39,189 nucleotides of DNA from Spirochaetota bacterium (lineage in GTDB: Bacteria; Spirochaetota; Spirochaetia; Treponematales; Breznakiellaceae), in NCBI GenBank assembly GCA_023398155.1, contig JAEWSV010000338.1, positions 1-39,189 of the forward strand, in the 5' to 3' direction. A program made the translations under genes and the position numbers. This document shows positions 23,446 to 31,335 of this stretch, one piece after another (positions within the stretch are counted from its first letter, which is position 1; every line of letters begins with the position of its first letter). The notes below the pieces were generated by a model, which was not told where the DNA came from, made no database searches, and saw only the letters and a list, made by a program, of their open reading frames with translations.

Positions 23446-23601
23446 ATTCTACCACGACCTAATCTTCCAGAAATCAAAAACCCCGCACCGTAGGGCGCGG
23501 GGATCCAACGAAAACGCCCGCGACACCAAAGCTTTGGACGGCGTGGTGTAACGGGCGAAAGGATGGAAAGAGTATGACTCAGAAATTGCGCGATGTCAAA
23601 C
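23446..23601. repeat. Repeat copy C (~156 bp), upstream of and including the Ner-like gene start
   Basis: See copy B. Hairpin CCCCGCACC gtag GGCGCGGGG lies at 23481-23502. Confidence 0.8.
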
Positions 23602-23846
23602 GGGGGAGACCCTTCCCCAAGGACCCGGACCGCAAGGCCCGCGTCATGGCCGTTGTATGGGACCGAGGCTTGTCCGTTTCAGACCTGGCAAATTCTATGG
23701 ATGTCGACCAGAGCACTTTGTCAAAAGTAATCTGGGGTGTCCGTCGGTCGCCGGTGATGGAGACGCGGATCGCGGCTTACTTCGGGATGACGCGGGACGA
23801 GCTGTTCCCGCGGAAGCGGGCGGAAAGCCGGAGGGACGCGGCATGA
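23574..23846 (+). CDS. Ner-like HTH DNA-binding regulator (90 aa)
   Basis: LSVSDLANSMDVDQSTLSKVIWGVRRSPVMETRIAAYFGMTRDELFP. It is the first gene of the transposition operon. Confidence 0.55.
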   Translation: MTQKLRDVKRGRPFPKDPDRKARVMAVVWDRGLSVSDLANSMDVDQSTLSKVIWGVRRSPVMETRIAAYFGMTRDELFPRKRAESRRDAA

Positions 23847-24217
23847 GCGCAATCGGCTACAGGGTCGACCGCGAGGCCGGCGTCCTTTGGATCACCCACC
23901 GCGGCAGGGGCGACGAGCTTTCGATGAACCTCCGTCACTACGGCATCGATCACGTTCCCGCATTGCGAAACGCCTCGGTAGGCATCACCTTCGATCCGGC
24001 CCTGACGGAAAAATCCTTCCTGGCATTCCGCGCCGCGGCGATCGCGGTTGTTGAAGCCCTGACCGCCCGCCGGGGCGTGGCTTATGGAGAGCAACGCGCT
24101 TTCGGGCTTGATCTTGCGGCCGTTCAGGCGCACCAAGTCAAGAACACCTCGGAACAGGGCCGCGACTTGGCTGAGTGGGTTCGATCCACGCGCGAGAAAG
24201 CGGGAGGCATAGCATGA
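23843..24217 (+). CDS. Hypothetical early protein (124 aa)
   Basis: ATGA overlaps at both ends, with coding-like composition. Confidence 0.5.
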   Translation: MSAIGYRVDREAGVLWITHRGRGDELSMNLRHYGIDHVPALRNASVGITFDPALTEKSFLAFRAAAIAVVEALTARRGVAYGEQRAFGLDLAAVQAHQVKNTSEQGRDLAEWVRSTREKAGGIA

Positions 24218-24534
24218 ACGAGCAGCCGAAACCGTGTCCCTTCTGCGGAAGGGATTCCGCCTTTTTGTACGGATGCGTCGGGGGCCACTTCGTCAAGTGT
24301 ATCTCCTGCAGCTCTAGGTCGGCCGTCTATCCGCTCAAGAGTGAAGCCATCGCCGCCTGGAATCGCCGAGCCGAGTCGATCGATTACGCGAACGCCGTCG
24401 TCGACAACATGGCTGGAGCAATCGAGCTTCTCACCGAATCCCGAGACGCGCTCGGGGTAGTGGTAGCGGATCTCAAAGCCAAGACCGACCGCCTTGAGGC
24501 CGAGCTTTCGAAGAAACACCGGAGGGACGAATGA
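24214..24534 (+). CDS. Lar-family (restriction alleviation-like) zinc-finger protein (106 aa)
   Basis: KPCPFCG...VKCISC...EAIAAWNRRAE is the typical Lar-family pattern. A C-terminal predicted coiled-coil extension follows. Confidence 0.65.
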   Translation: MNEQPKPCPFCGRDSAFLYGCVGGHFVKCISCSSRSAVYPLKSEAIAAWNRRAESIDYANAVVDNMAGAIELLTESRDALGVVVADLKAKTDRLEAELSKKHRRDE

Positions 24535-24806
24535 GCGACACCACCACCATGACCTGCCGAAAGATAGACATTCCGCCCTGCCGGCCCGAGCCGACTTACG
24601 CGATACGCAGGGGGGTATTCGGATCCTTGTTCTACAGCAGGGGGCGGCGGTATTACGTCGAGATCCCGCGCCCCCTGTTCCCCGACGATCCGGCTGTATT
24701 CAGGCGGACGCAGTTTGACTCCTATCGCGATGCTGCCGCGTTCTTCAGCCACATCCAGAATCAGTTTCACCTGCTGGGGTCTATGGAGGCCTCCGTATGC
24801 GATTGA
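24531..24806 (+). CDS. Hypothetical early protein (91 aa)
   Basis: ATGA-coupled and overlaps the transposase start by 10 nt. Confidence 0.45.
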   Translation: MSDTTTMTCRKIDIPPCRPEPTYAIRRGVFGSLFYSRGRRYYVEIPRPLFPDDPAVFRRTQFDSYRDAAAFFSHIQNQFHLLGSMEASVCD

Positions 24807-26707
24807 TCACCACCGCCGAAGTACAGAACGCCTTCCAGGTCACGAGCCGAAAGGAGGCGATCCGAAAGGCCAGACAGCTCGGGGCAGTCTTCTACGAGGG
24901 GAGCGGCGGCTTCATGTGGGACCTGGAAACGCTGCCCCAGGAGGTGCAGCTCGCGCTACTCGCCAACGAACGCGGGCAGGACGCCAACGCGCCGCTACCC
25001 GAGAGCTTCCTCATCGCCCCGGAGAAAAACCGGAAAAAGGCGCTCGCCATCGCCGCGCTCATCGCGACATGGAAGGACTACGAGACGTCGCTCGGCGGTC
25101 GCGTGGAAGACTTCGTCGACCTCTACAATAAATGGCAGATCGGGGCCGGTATCAGGCGCCTGCTGAATAAGTCGATTTCCGTTCCGACGTTCTACCGGTG
25201 GCTCGAAGCCTTCGATTCGGGCGGCATCGACGCGGTGACGCCGAAATGGGGCAACGCCAAATCCGGGGCGGGGAGCAAGGCGCTCTCGCTGCTGGAGCAG
25301 GACATCGCCAAGGCCTTCTACCTTCACCCCAACAAATGGAGCTCCGCGAAGGTCCATCGCGAGATGGAAAGGATCTACGGGACCAAAGCGAGCGCGCAGA
25401 CCGTGGCCCGGTACCTCGCCAGCATTCCCCCGCACATCGCGAGCTACTACCGCGACGGAGAAACCAAGTTCAAGGCCAAGCACCTGCAGTACATCGTGGG
25501 GAATCCCCTGCGGTACGAATCGATGGAGATGGTCGTATCGGACCACCACAACTGGGACTTCCTCGTCGAACGGAAGGGGAAGATATTCCGGCCGTGGATC
25601 ACCGTTTTCCAGGATCAACGATCGAGGAAAATCCTTTCCTGGTCGCACAGCCTGTATCCGTCCGGCCAATCCATCGCCGAGGCGCTGTACATGCTCCTGG
25701 TCCGGTACGGCGCTCCGAAGGTCCTGCATATCGACAACGGTAAGGACTACCGAGGGCAGTACCTCAACGGGAAGAAGGTTGAGGTGACCATCGAGAACAA
25801 TGGGATGAGCGAAGAGTCCCAGGTGGAGATCCAGGGCGTGCTCGCCGGGCTCGGGATCAGGGTGATCTTCGCCCTGCCGTACCACGGCCAGTCCAAGCCC
25901 ATCGAGCGGCATTTCGGCACGTTCGCCGGGGACTTCGCACGGGAGTTCAACACCTACGTGGGAAGCAACACGGTGGCTCGCCCCGAAGAGAGCCGGTTCT
26001 ATTACCGGAAGATCGGAAAGCGCGAGAAGAAGGAAGTAGGCGTCACCTACGACGCCTACTTGTCCGCCTGGGAGGCGTACGTCGAGCAGTGGAACGCGAC
26101 CTGGCGCCACTCCGGCGTCGGCATGGAAGGGCGTACCCCCAACGAAGTGTTCTACGAGAACTGGCGGACCAAGCGGTCGGTTTCACCGGAGTACCTGGAG
26201 ATCGCCTTCGCCAAGACGGACACGCGCGTCGTGCAGAGGGACGGCGTCGAGCTGGACCACAACCGGTACTGGGGGCCGGAGCTCCGGCGCTACGTCGGGA
26301 CGACGGTCCTCGTGAAGCGGACCTTCGCGGAACAACATCGCGCGATCGTGTTCGATCTCGATGGCCGTTTCTTGACCTACGCGGAGGCGGACTACTTCGC
26401 CGAAACGGGAGACCTTGCCGCGGACAACGAACGGGTGAACGAAGCTCGGAAATTGTCCCTGGAAGACATCAAGGAGTACGCCAAGGGTATCCCGGAGCTT
26501 GAAGAGGGCAAGCGGGGCGCCATCGACTTCGCCCAGGCCAACCGCGGCATGTACGCCGAACCTCCCGAGCCGGAGAATCTCAGGATCGAACAGGTGGTGA
26601 ACGGAAGCTTCGAGCTCCCTCCGCCCGCGGAACGGCCGCCCTTGTCGGTCGTGAAACCCGAGACCAGGCGCAAGCTTCGGTCATCCCTCGATGAATCAGT
26701 GGAGTGA
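24797..26707 (+). CDS. DDE transposase, MuA-like (636 aa)
   Basis: Candidate catalytic triad in VVSDHHNWDF, LHIDNGKDYRG and GQSKPIERHFGTF. A MuB-like ATPase follows. Confidence 0.85.
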   Translation: MRLITTAEVQNAFQVTSRKEAIRKARQLGAVFYEGSGGFMWDLETLPQEVQLALLANERGQDANAPLPESFLIAPEKNRKKALAIAALIATWKDYETSLGGRVEDFVDLYNKWQIGAGIRRLLNKSISVPTFYRWLEAFDSGGIDAVTPKWGNAKSGAGSKALSLLEQDIAKAFYLHPNKWSSAKVHREMERIYGTKASAQTVARYLASIPPHIASYYRDGETKFKAKHLQYIVGNPLRYESMEMVVSDHHNWDFLVERKGKIFRPWITVFQDQRSRKILSWSHSLYPSGQSIAEALYMLLVRYGAPKVLHIDNGKDYRGQYLNGKKVEVTIENNGMSEESQVEIQGVLAGLGIRVIFALPYHGQSKPIERHFGTFAGDFAREFNTYVGSNTVARPEESRFYYRKIGKREKKEVGVTYDAYLSAWEAYVEQWNATWRHSGVGMEGRTPNEVFYENWRTKRSVSPEYLEIAFAKTDTRVVQRDGVELDHNRYWGPELRRYVGTTVLVKRTFAEQHRAIVFDLDGRFLTYAEADYFAETGDLAADNERVNEARKLSLEDIKEYAKGIPELEEGKRGAIDFAQANRGMYAEPPEPENLRIEQVVNGSFELPPPAERPPLSVVKPETRRKLRSSLDESVE

Positions 26708-26710
26708 TCT

Positions 26711-27646
26711 ATGTCGGATATTCAGACGATCGTGAATTTGAAAGACGAGTTTCGGGCCTTCCTCGCGGAAACCGGTCAGTCGCAGCGACAGGCGTCCATC
26801 AATATGGGCAAGGCCGCAAGCGCCATCAGCGAATGGCTCAACGACAAATACCCCGGAACCGTCGCGGAGCTCGAAGATGCAGTCCGGCGCTACCTCAAGC
26901 GAGAGCGGAACCGGCGCATCCTCAAGAAACCGGGCATCGTGAAGACGGAGAACTACGGCAGGATCTGGAACGTCATCGCCATCGCCCACGAGAGCAAGTT
27001 CATCGGGCTGATCACCGGAGATGCCGGAACGGGGAAGACGGTATCCGCCGAATCCTACAACACGGACAATCCCGCGACGAGCATCTACGTGCTGGTCAAC
27101 GGGCTGACCACGAAGAAGATCATCCTGCAGCAGCTCGCCGAAGCGCTCAAGATCGACATGAGCGGGACGGACAACGATCTTGCCCATCGGGTGTCCATGG
27201 CTCTTATCGATGGCGACTACGTCGTGATCATCGACCAGGCCGACTATCTCAAAGGGCCGATCCTGGAAATGCTCCGGCACGTGGTCATGGACAAAGGGCA
27301 CTCGGGGCTCGTGCTCATCGGGCTTTCTCGGCTCCTGTACCAGTTGGACAACATCCGCGACGACCATGAACAGATCACGAGCCGCATCGGCATCTTCTAC
27401 CAGACCCAGGCCATGAAGGATTCGGACGCGGCGAAGATCATGAAAACCCTTTGGCCGAATATCGGGAACGACGTCGCGAAGGACGCGGCGAAGTTCGCGG
27501 GCGGGAGCTATAGGGTCCTCACGAATCTCATCGAGAACATCCAGCGCACCTTGATCGTCAACAAGCTCGATCTCCCCGACTCGGAGGTCGTTGCCGTGGC
27601 GATCCAGGAAATGTTCAAGAGGGCCGGCAGGAAGGCAAAGGGGTAA
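26711..27646 (+). CDS. MuB-like AAA+ transposition ATPase (311 aa)
   Basis: N-terminal HTH (QSQRQASINMGKAASAISEWLN), Walker A GDAGTGKT and Walker B VVIIDQAD. Confidence 0.8.
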   Translation: MSDIQTIVNLKDEFRAFLAETGQSQRQASINMGKAASAISEWLNDKYPGTVAELEDAVRRYLKRERNRRILKKPGIVKTENYGRIWNVIAIAHESKFIGLITGDAGTGKTVSAESYNTDNPATSIYVLVNGLTTKKIILQQLAEALKIDMSGTDNDLAHRVSMALIDGDYVVIIDQADYLKGPILEMLRHVVMDKGHSGLVLIGLSRLLYQLDNIRDDHEQITSRIGIFYQTQAMKDSDAAKIMKTLWPNIGNDVAKDAAKFAGGSYRVLTNLIENIQRTLIVNKLDLPDSEVVAVAIQEMFKRAGRKAKG

Positions 27647-27649
27647 GCC

Positions 27650-28339
27650 GTGGGAGACGTTTCCATCAGCAAGATTCAACGCATCAAGGAGCTGTACCAA
27701 GAGCTCGCCGAACAGTTCAGCGCCAGTGTGTTCAAGGTCATCGAGCTGGGCGACGAACTGCTTGAGGTCAAGGACTCCCTGGACCACGGGCAGCTCAAGC
27801 CCTGGATCGAGGAGAATTTCCCGTTCTCGTATCGAACGGCTGTCCGCTACATGAATACGGCGCTCAACAAGAAGGACATCCTCAAACAGCTCAAGGGCAA
27901 GAAGACGCTTCTCCTTACCGACGCCTACGGTTCTGGTGTTGTGAAGGCGGCGTCTCCCAAAAAAGAAAGCGCGCCCGCCGGCGCGGCGCGGCGCGGCATC
28001 CCGAAGGAGCTCGGGGCCACCGCGCAAGCTCTCTGGGACCGCAAGCCGAGTGTCCCTCTTGAGCGATTCCGCGTGTGCGCCCGAGGCGGAACGGTCCTCA
28101 TGAAGACCCCGGACATGCGCAATCCGATCATGGTCTGTTCCGTCACGGCCGAGCCGATCCGCGGATGCGAAGAGGCATACGAGCAGCTGAATGAGGGTCT
28201 GCAGGTACTGTTCGAACAGTATTACGCGACGATCGAAGCTTTCGAACGCGGGCCCTCTCCTGTCGCGGCGCCGGCCCGGCGCGGACGACTCCGCAACGTC
28301 ACCGAGACGGAGCTGGATTCCGATGAGGAAACGGAATGA
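27650..28339 (+). CDS. Early protein (229 aa) with an N-terminal region similar to a domain of unknown function seen in Mu-like phages
   Basis: GELLEVKDSLDHGQLKPWIEENFPFSYRTAVRYMNTA pattern. GTG start. Confidence 0.45.
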   Translation: MGDVSISKIQRIKELYQELAEQFSASVFKVIELGDELLEVKDSLDHGQLKPWIEENFPFSYRTAVRYMNTALNKKDILKQLKGKKTLLLTDAYGSGVVKAASPKKESAPAGAARRGIPKELGATAQALWDRKPSVPLERFRVCARGGTVLMKTPDMRNPIMVCSVTAEPIRGCEEAYEQLNEGLQVLFEQYYATIEAFERGPSPVAAPARRGRLRNVTETELDSDEETE

Positions 28340-28524
28340 AGTCCTTCAGCACCCTTAGGCTCGACTATGACTGCGCCGAATGCGCGGCGCTGACGGAAGT
28401 CGAGGTAACCATGCCCGACTTTGGGGAAACGGTGACCACGCGTTTTTCCTGCCGGGAATGCGGGCAGGAGAACGTGATCACCGTCAACCTCGAACCGGAC
28501 GAGCGAGGCAAAGGGAAGCAATGA
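28336..28524 (+). CDS. Small zinc-ribbon protein (62 aa)
   Basis: Paired CxxC motifs (CAEC ... CREC). ATGA-coupled at both ends. Confidence 0.5.
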   Translation: MKSFSTLRLDYDCAECAALTEVEVTMPDFGETVTTRFSCRECGQENVITVNLEPDERGKGKQ

Positions 28525-28718
28525 CCGAAAAGGAAAAGGACCTCCGAGACCTGGTCGACAAGGCCATCGCGCTCGTGGACGCCGGGATATTTTCCCGGCA
28601 GGAGAAGCACGAAATACTTCGCGAGGTCCGGGGCTCGCTCATCGCGATGAGCAGAGTCCTTGGAACCGAGAAGCCCGATACCACCCCGCCGCCATCGAGC
28701 GGCAATCCCGCAGCCTAA
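28521..28718 (+). CDS. Hypothetical small protein (65 aa)
   Basis: ATG at 28521 overlaps the upstream stop. The track ORF from 28380 is an artefactual extension. Confidence 0.45.
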   Translation: MTEKEKDLRDLVDKAIALVDAGIFSRQEKHEILREVRGSLIAMSRVLGTEKPDTTPPPSSGNPAA

Positions 28719-28729
28719 AGGAGCAGAGC

Positions 28730-29242
28730 ATGGCGCGAACGAAAAGCAACGCGGCGACGATCAAGAGCCTGGAAGAGGCCGATGCGATCCTCAAGGAGAT
28801 GTGCGAAATCGAGGCGGACATCGAATACATCGACAACACCGCAAACGAAAAGATCGCGAAGATCAAGGAAAAGGCGGCCGCGGACGGAAAGGCGCTGCGC
28901 GACCGTTACAAAAGCTGCCACGAGACGCTCAAGTCTTACGCGGCGTACTTCCGGGGCGAGCTGTTCAAGGACCGCAAGTCCCTCGATCGGCCCTTCGGGA
29001 CCCTCGGATTCCGAAAGGCTCCTGACGCGATCTCTTGCACTCAGCAAACGGCCGAGCTTCTCAAGAAGATCGGCCTCGACCAATACGTACGCGTTCGGAT
29101 CGAGCCGGACAAGGAGGCCATGCTGGGTCTGACGGACGACACGCTTTCCAAGGTCGAGGCCGTTCGGAAGAGCCGCGAAGACTTCTATGTCGAGACGAAG
29201 CGGGATCTCGTGAACCAAGAACTGTCCAAGAGGTCGGCGTAG
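28730..29242 (+). CDS. gam: Host-nuclease inhibitor Gam (Mu Gam family), 170 aa
   Basis: N-terminal helical region predicted as coiled coil (LEEADAILKEMCEIEADIEYIDNTANEKIAKIKEKAA). C-terminal ...FRKAPDAIS...VRVRIEPDKEAM... matches the Mu Gam layout and position. Confidence 0.7.
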   Translation: MARTKSNAATIKSLEEADAILKEMCEIEADIEYIDNTANEKIAKIKEKAAADGKALRDRYKSCHETLKSYAAYFRGELFKDRKSLDRPFGTLGFRKAPDAISCTQQTAELLKKIGLDQYVRVRIEPDKEAMLGLTDDTLSKVEAVRKSREDFYVETKRDLVNQELSKRSA

Positions 29243-29305
29243 CGGGGCGGCGAGACCGCCCTGGACGTCCGGTCTCGCCTTTTAACTACACGGAGGAGGA
29301 ATAGC

Positions 29306-29773
29306 GTGAATACGGACTGGATAAGGATAATCCATGTGGCGCGGAAAAAGACGGGCATCGACGAGGACGCGTATCGCGGGATCCTCGCCGGAGCGGGAGC
29401 TGGAAGTTCCAAAGATATTGCAACCGCGGATCAGTTCAATCTCGTCATGGACGCCTTCAAGCTACTTGGATTCCAATACAGCCATCACGCGAACGACTCC
29501 TCCGAGAACAAGCAGCGAGCCACGGAAAGCAGGAATCCCGACTACATCACCTTTAGGCAGGAATATTACATCCGCGGTCTGCAGAGATTGGCCATGAGAG
29601 CGAAGGACGAAAAATCGCTACGGGCCATCATTCATCGGATCGGAAAAGTCGATGACATCGCGTTCCTGAAGAAGAACAAGGCATCCGCCGTAATCCTGGC
29701 CTTGCGCGACATCTGCTGGAAGGCGGGGATCAACCCAGACCACAAGGACGCAAGGAGGCCCTCATGTTCCTGA
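29306..29773 (+). CDS. GemA / Mu gp16-like protein, 155 aa
   Basis: IRIIHVARKKTGIDEDAYRGILAGAGAGSSKDIATADQFNLVMDAFKLLGF. GTG start. Confidence 0.65.
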   Translation: MNTDWIRIIHVARKKTGIDEDAYRGILAGAGAGSSKDIATADQFNLVMDAFKLLGFQYSHHANDSSENKQRATESRNPDYITFRQEYYIRGLQRLAMRAKDEKSLRAIIHRIGKVDDIAFLKKNKASAVILALRDICWKAGINPDHKDARRPSCS

Positions 29774-30150
29774 CGGTCAGAGCGACGGCGAGAACCCTTG
29801 GACTTACGGATTACCAGGTCCATTACCTTCTCGCGATGGGCCGAATCGAGGCCGTAAAGGTCAGGGTGGTCTGGCGTGTATTTTCTCAGGCGGTGAACAC
29901 ATATGCTGAGTCCAGAACTCAAGAAGGAGCTGGAATCGCTCCCGGCGATCATGTCGGTTTCGGAAGTAGCGAATGCCTTAGCCCTTGCCCCGATATCGGT
30001 ATACCGGATGATCTACGACCATCAGCTACCGGCCTACAAGGACGAAAGCGGCGAGTGGAACATAAACAGAGTCGATCTAATCCGTATGTGCAGCCGGGGC
30101 TCGAATCTATGAAACAGCTCGAGCTGTTCGATTTAGGAGCCTGCGCATGA
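29764..30150 (+). CDS. Excisionase-type HTH protein; only the first ~48 codons look coding, the 3' end is doubtful
   Basis: LTVRATARTLGLTDYQVHYLLAMGRIEAVKVRVVWRVFSQAVNTY. After about 29900 the third-position GC drops and the frame overlaps gene 29903-30112. Confidence 0.35.
   Translation: MFLTVRATARTLGLTDYQVHYLLAMGRIEAVKVRVVWRVFSQAVNTYAESRTQEGAGIAPGDHVGFGSSECLSPCPDIGIPDDLRPSATGLQGRKRRVEHKQSRSNPYVQPGLESMKQLELFDLGACA
29903..30112 (+). CDS. Excisionase-type HTH protein (69 aa), possible Mor-like regulator by position
   Basis: MSVSEVANALALAPISVYRMIYDHQLPAYKDESGEWNINRVDLIRM. Third-position GC is high. Confidence 0.55.
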   Translation: MLSPELKKELESLPAIMSVSEVANALALAPISVYRMIYDHQLPAYKDESGEWNINRVDLIRMCSRGSNL

Positions 30151-30368
30151 GCACCGCCATCGTGATAGGAAAGCAACCATCGGAAGCCGTGCAGAGATTC
30201 CTAGGTATTGACGGAGAAATTGCCGAGCGGAAACGGGAGTCCGTCTCCCTATCGGCTCACAGCTCCCATATCGCCGCCCTTGCCGAATCCGCGGTGACCG
30301 AGCTGCAAGATGTTCTCTTCGAGATAGCGGCCATACGATTCGAAGCATCGCAGCGAAGTCTATTCTAG
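30147..30368 (+). CDS. Hypothetical protein (73 aa)
   Basis: ATGA-coupled through a 13-codon relay ORF (30109-30150). Confidence 0.45.
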   Translation: MSTAIVIGKQPSEAVQRFLGIDGEIAERKRESVSLSAHSSHIAALAESAVTELQDVLFEIAAIRFEASQRSLF

Positions 30369-30380
30369 GGGAGGGCGGAA

Positions 30381-31064
30381 ATGGACATCCTCACCAAGAT
30401 AAAGAAGCTTTTAGCCCTTTCCGCGTCTCCGAATGCGAACGAGGCCGCGACGGCGCTCGCACGGGCGCAGGCGCTCATGGTGGAATACGGGATCGACAAG
30501 GAGGCGGTTTCCGCGGCGGACATCGTCGAAGAAAAACTTCGGAGAGTCGGCGGCCGCCGGCCTCCGAAGCATGAGGTCTATTTCGTTTCCGAACTCGGAC
30601 GGACATTCGGGTGCAGGGTTATTCACGGTTACGACATCGATGAGGGCCGCTTTCGAGAGATCCGATGTTGGATATTCATAGGCCCCGCACATAGAACCAA
30701 GATATGCACCCATATGGCGACGGTCCTTTTGCGGAAGCTTAGGTCCTGCCGCGCAGAGTACGTCAAGACGCTCTACAGATGCAGGCCGAGCACAAAGGTT
30801 CGACGAGCCGATGCGTACTGCCTTGGGTGGGTTTTTACCGTGGTTCAGAAGCTTAGCCGGTTCGCAGGATCGCCTGAAGATGAGGCGGCCATGGAATCAT
30901 ACATGAAACGCTACGACGATCTCCAGGAGTGCAAGGCGATTTCACGAGAGGCCGTGAAACGCTCCTCTGCCCATGATTACCGCTCCGGCTACCAGGATGG
31001 TCAACGTATTGAGCTTCAGCACGGAATGAGCGGAGCCGCAGGGCCCGCGATGATAGGAGCTTAA
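30381..31064 (+). CDS. Phage protein with the conserved KIxKLLAL N-terminal motif of a widespread domain of unknown function (227 aa)
   Basis: N-terminus ILTKIKKLLALSASPNANEAATALARAQALMVEYGI. Confidence 0.6.
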   Translation: MDILTKIKKLLALSASPNANEAATALARAQALMVEYGIDKEAVSAADIVEEKLRRVGGRRPPKHEVYFVSELGRTFGCRVIHGYDIDEGRFREIRCWIFIGPAHRTKICTHMATVLLRKLRSCRAEYVKTLYRCRPSTKVRRADAYCLGWVFTVVQKLSRFAGSPEDEAAMESYMKRYDDLQECKAISREAVKRSSAHDYRSGYQDGQRIELQHGMSGAAGPAMIGA

Positions 31065-31093
31065 TCATGGCGAAACCAAGAAAGGAGACGCAT

Positions 31094-31219
31094 ATGACGA
31101 CGAAAGATTTGGTCGCGATCTCGTTCGCGGTGATAGTCGCCGGTAGCTTATGGGAACTTGGACGATTCATTGTTGATCTCATAATCGTATTGATACGGAG
31201 CTGGCTATTTCACCGATGA
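31094..31219 (+). CDS. Small single-TM membrane protein (41 aa; alternative start 31067)
   Basis: Not in the ORF track. AAGGAG lies 6 nt upstream. MTTKDLVAISFAVIVAGSLWELGRFIVDLIIVLIRSWLFHR. Confidence 0.45.
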   Translation: MTTKDLVAISFAVIVAGSLWELGRFIVDLIIVLIRSWLFHR

Positions 31220-31240
31220 AACAGATTCTATATGCGAAGC

Positions 31241-31272
31241 AAAACCCCGGATCACTCCGGGGTTTTGTTTTA
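31241..31272 (+). terminator. Rho-independent terminator closing the early/middle operon
   Basis: AAAACCCCGG atcact CCGGGGTTTT followed by gtttta. Confidence 0.8.
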
Positions 31273-31285
31273 TCCGCGCTTGAGC
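31271..31285 (+). promoter_or_regulatory. Candidate late-promoter element TATCCGCGCTTGAGC upstream of the lysis/packaging arm
   Basis: Matches 19723-19709 (minus strand) at 13 of 15 nt in the same context: terminator, TTT, then the element. It lies 51 nt before the endolysin ATG. Confidence 0.5.
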
Positions 31286-31335
31286 ATCAGGCAGCTTCTA
31301 CGGGCTACGCTGTCGAGCGAACGGGAGGCACGAGT

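Noticed and set aside
31216-31335. Endolysin ORF start at 31216
   Set aside because: A strong rho-independent terminator (31241-31272) lies inside this extension. The ATG at 31336 has a GGGAGG SD.
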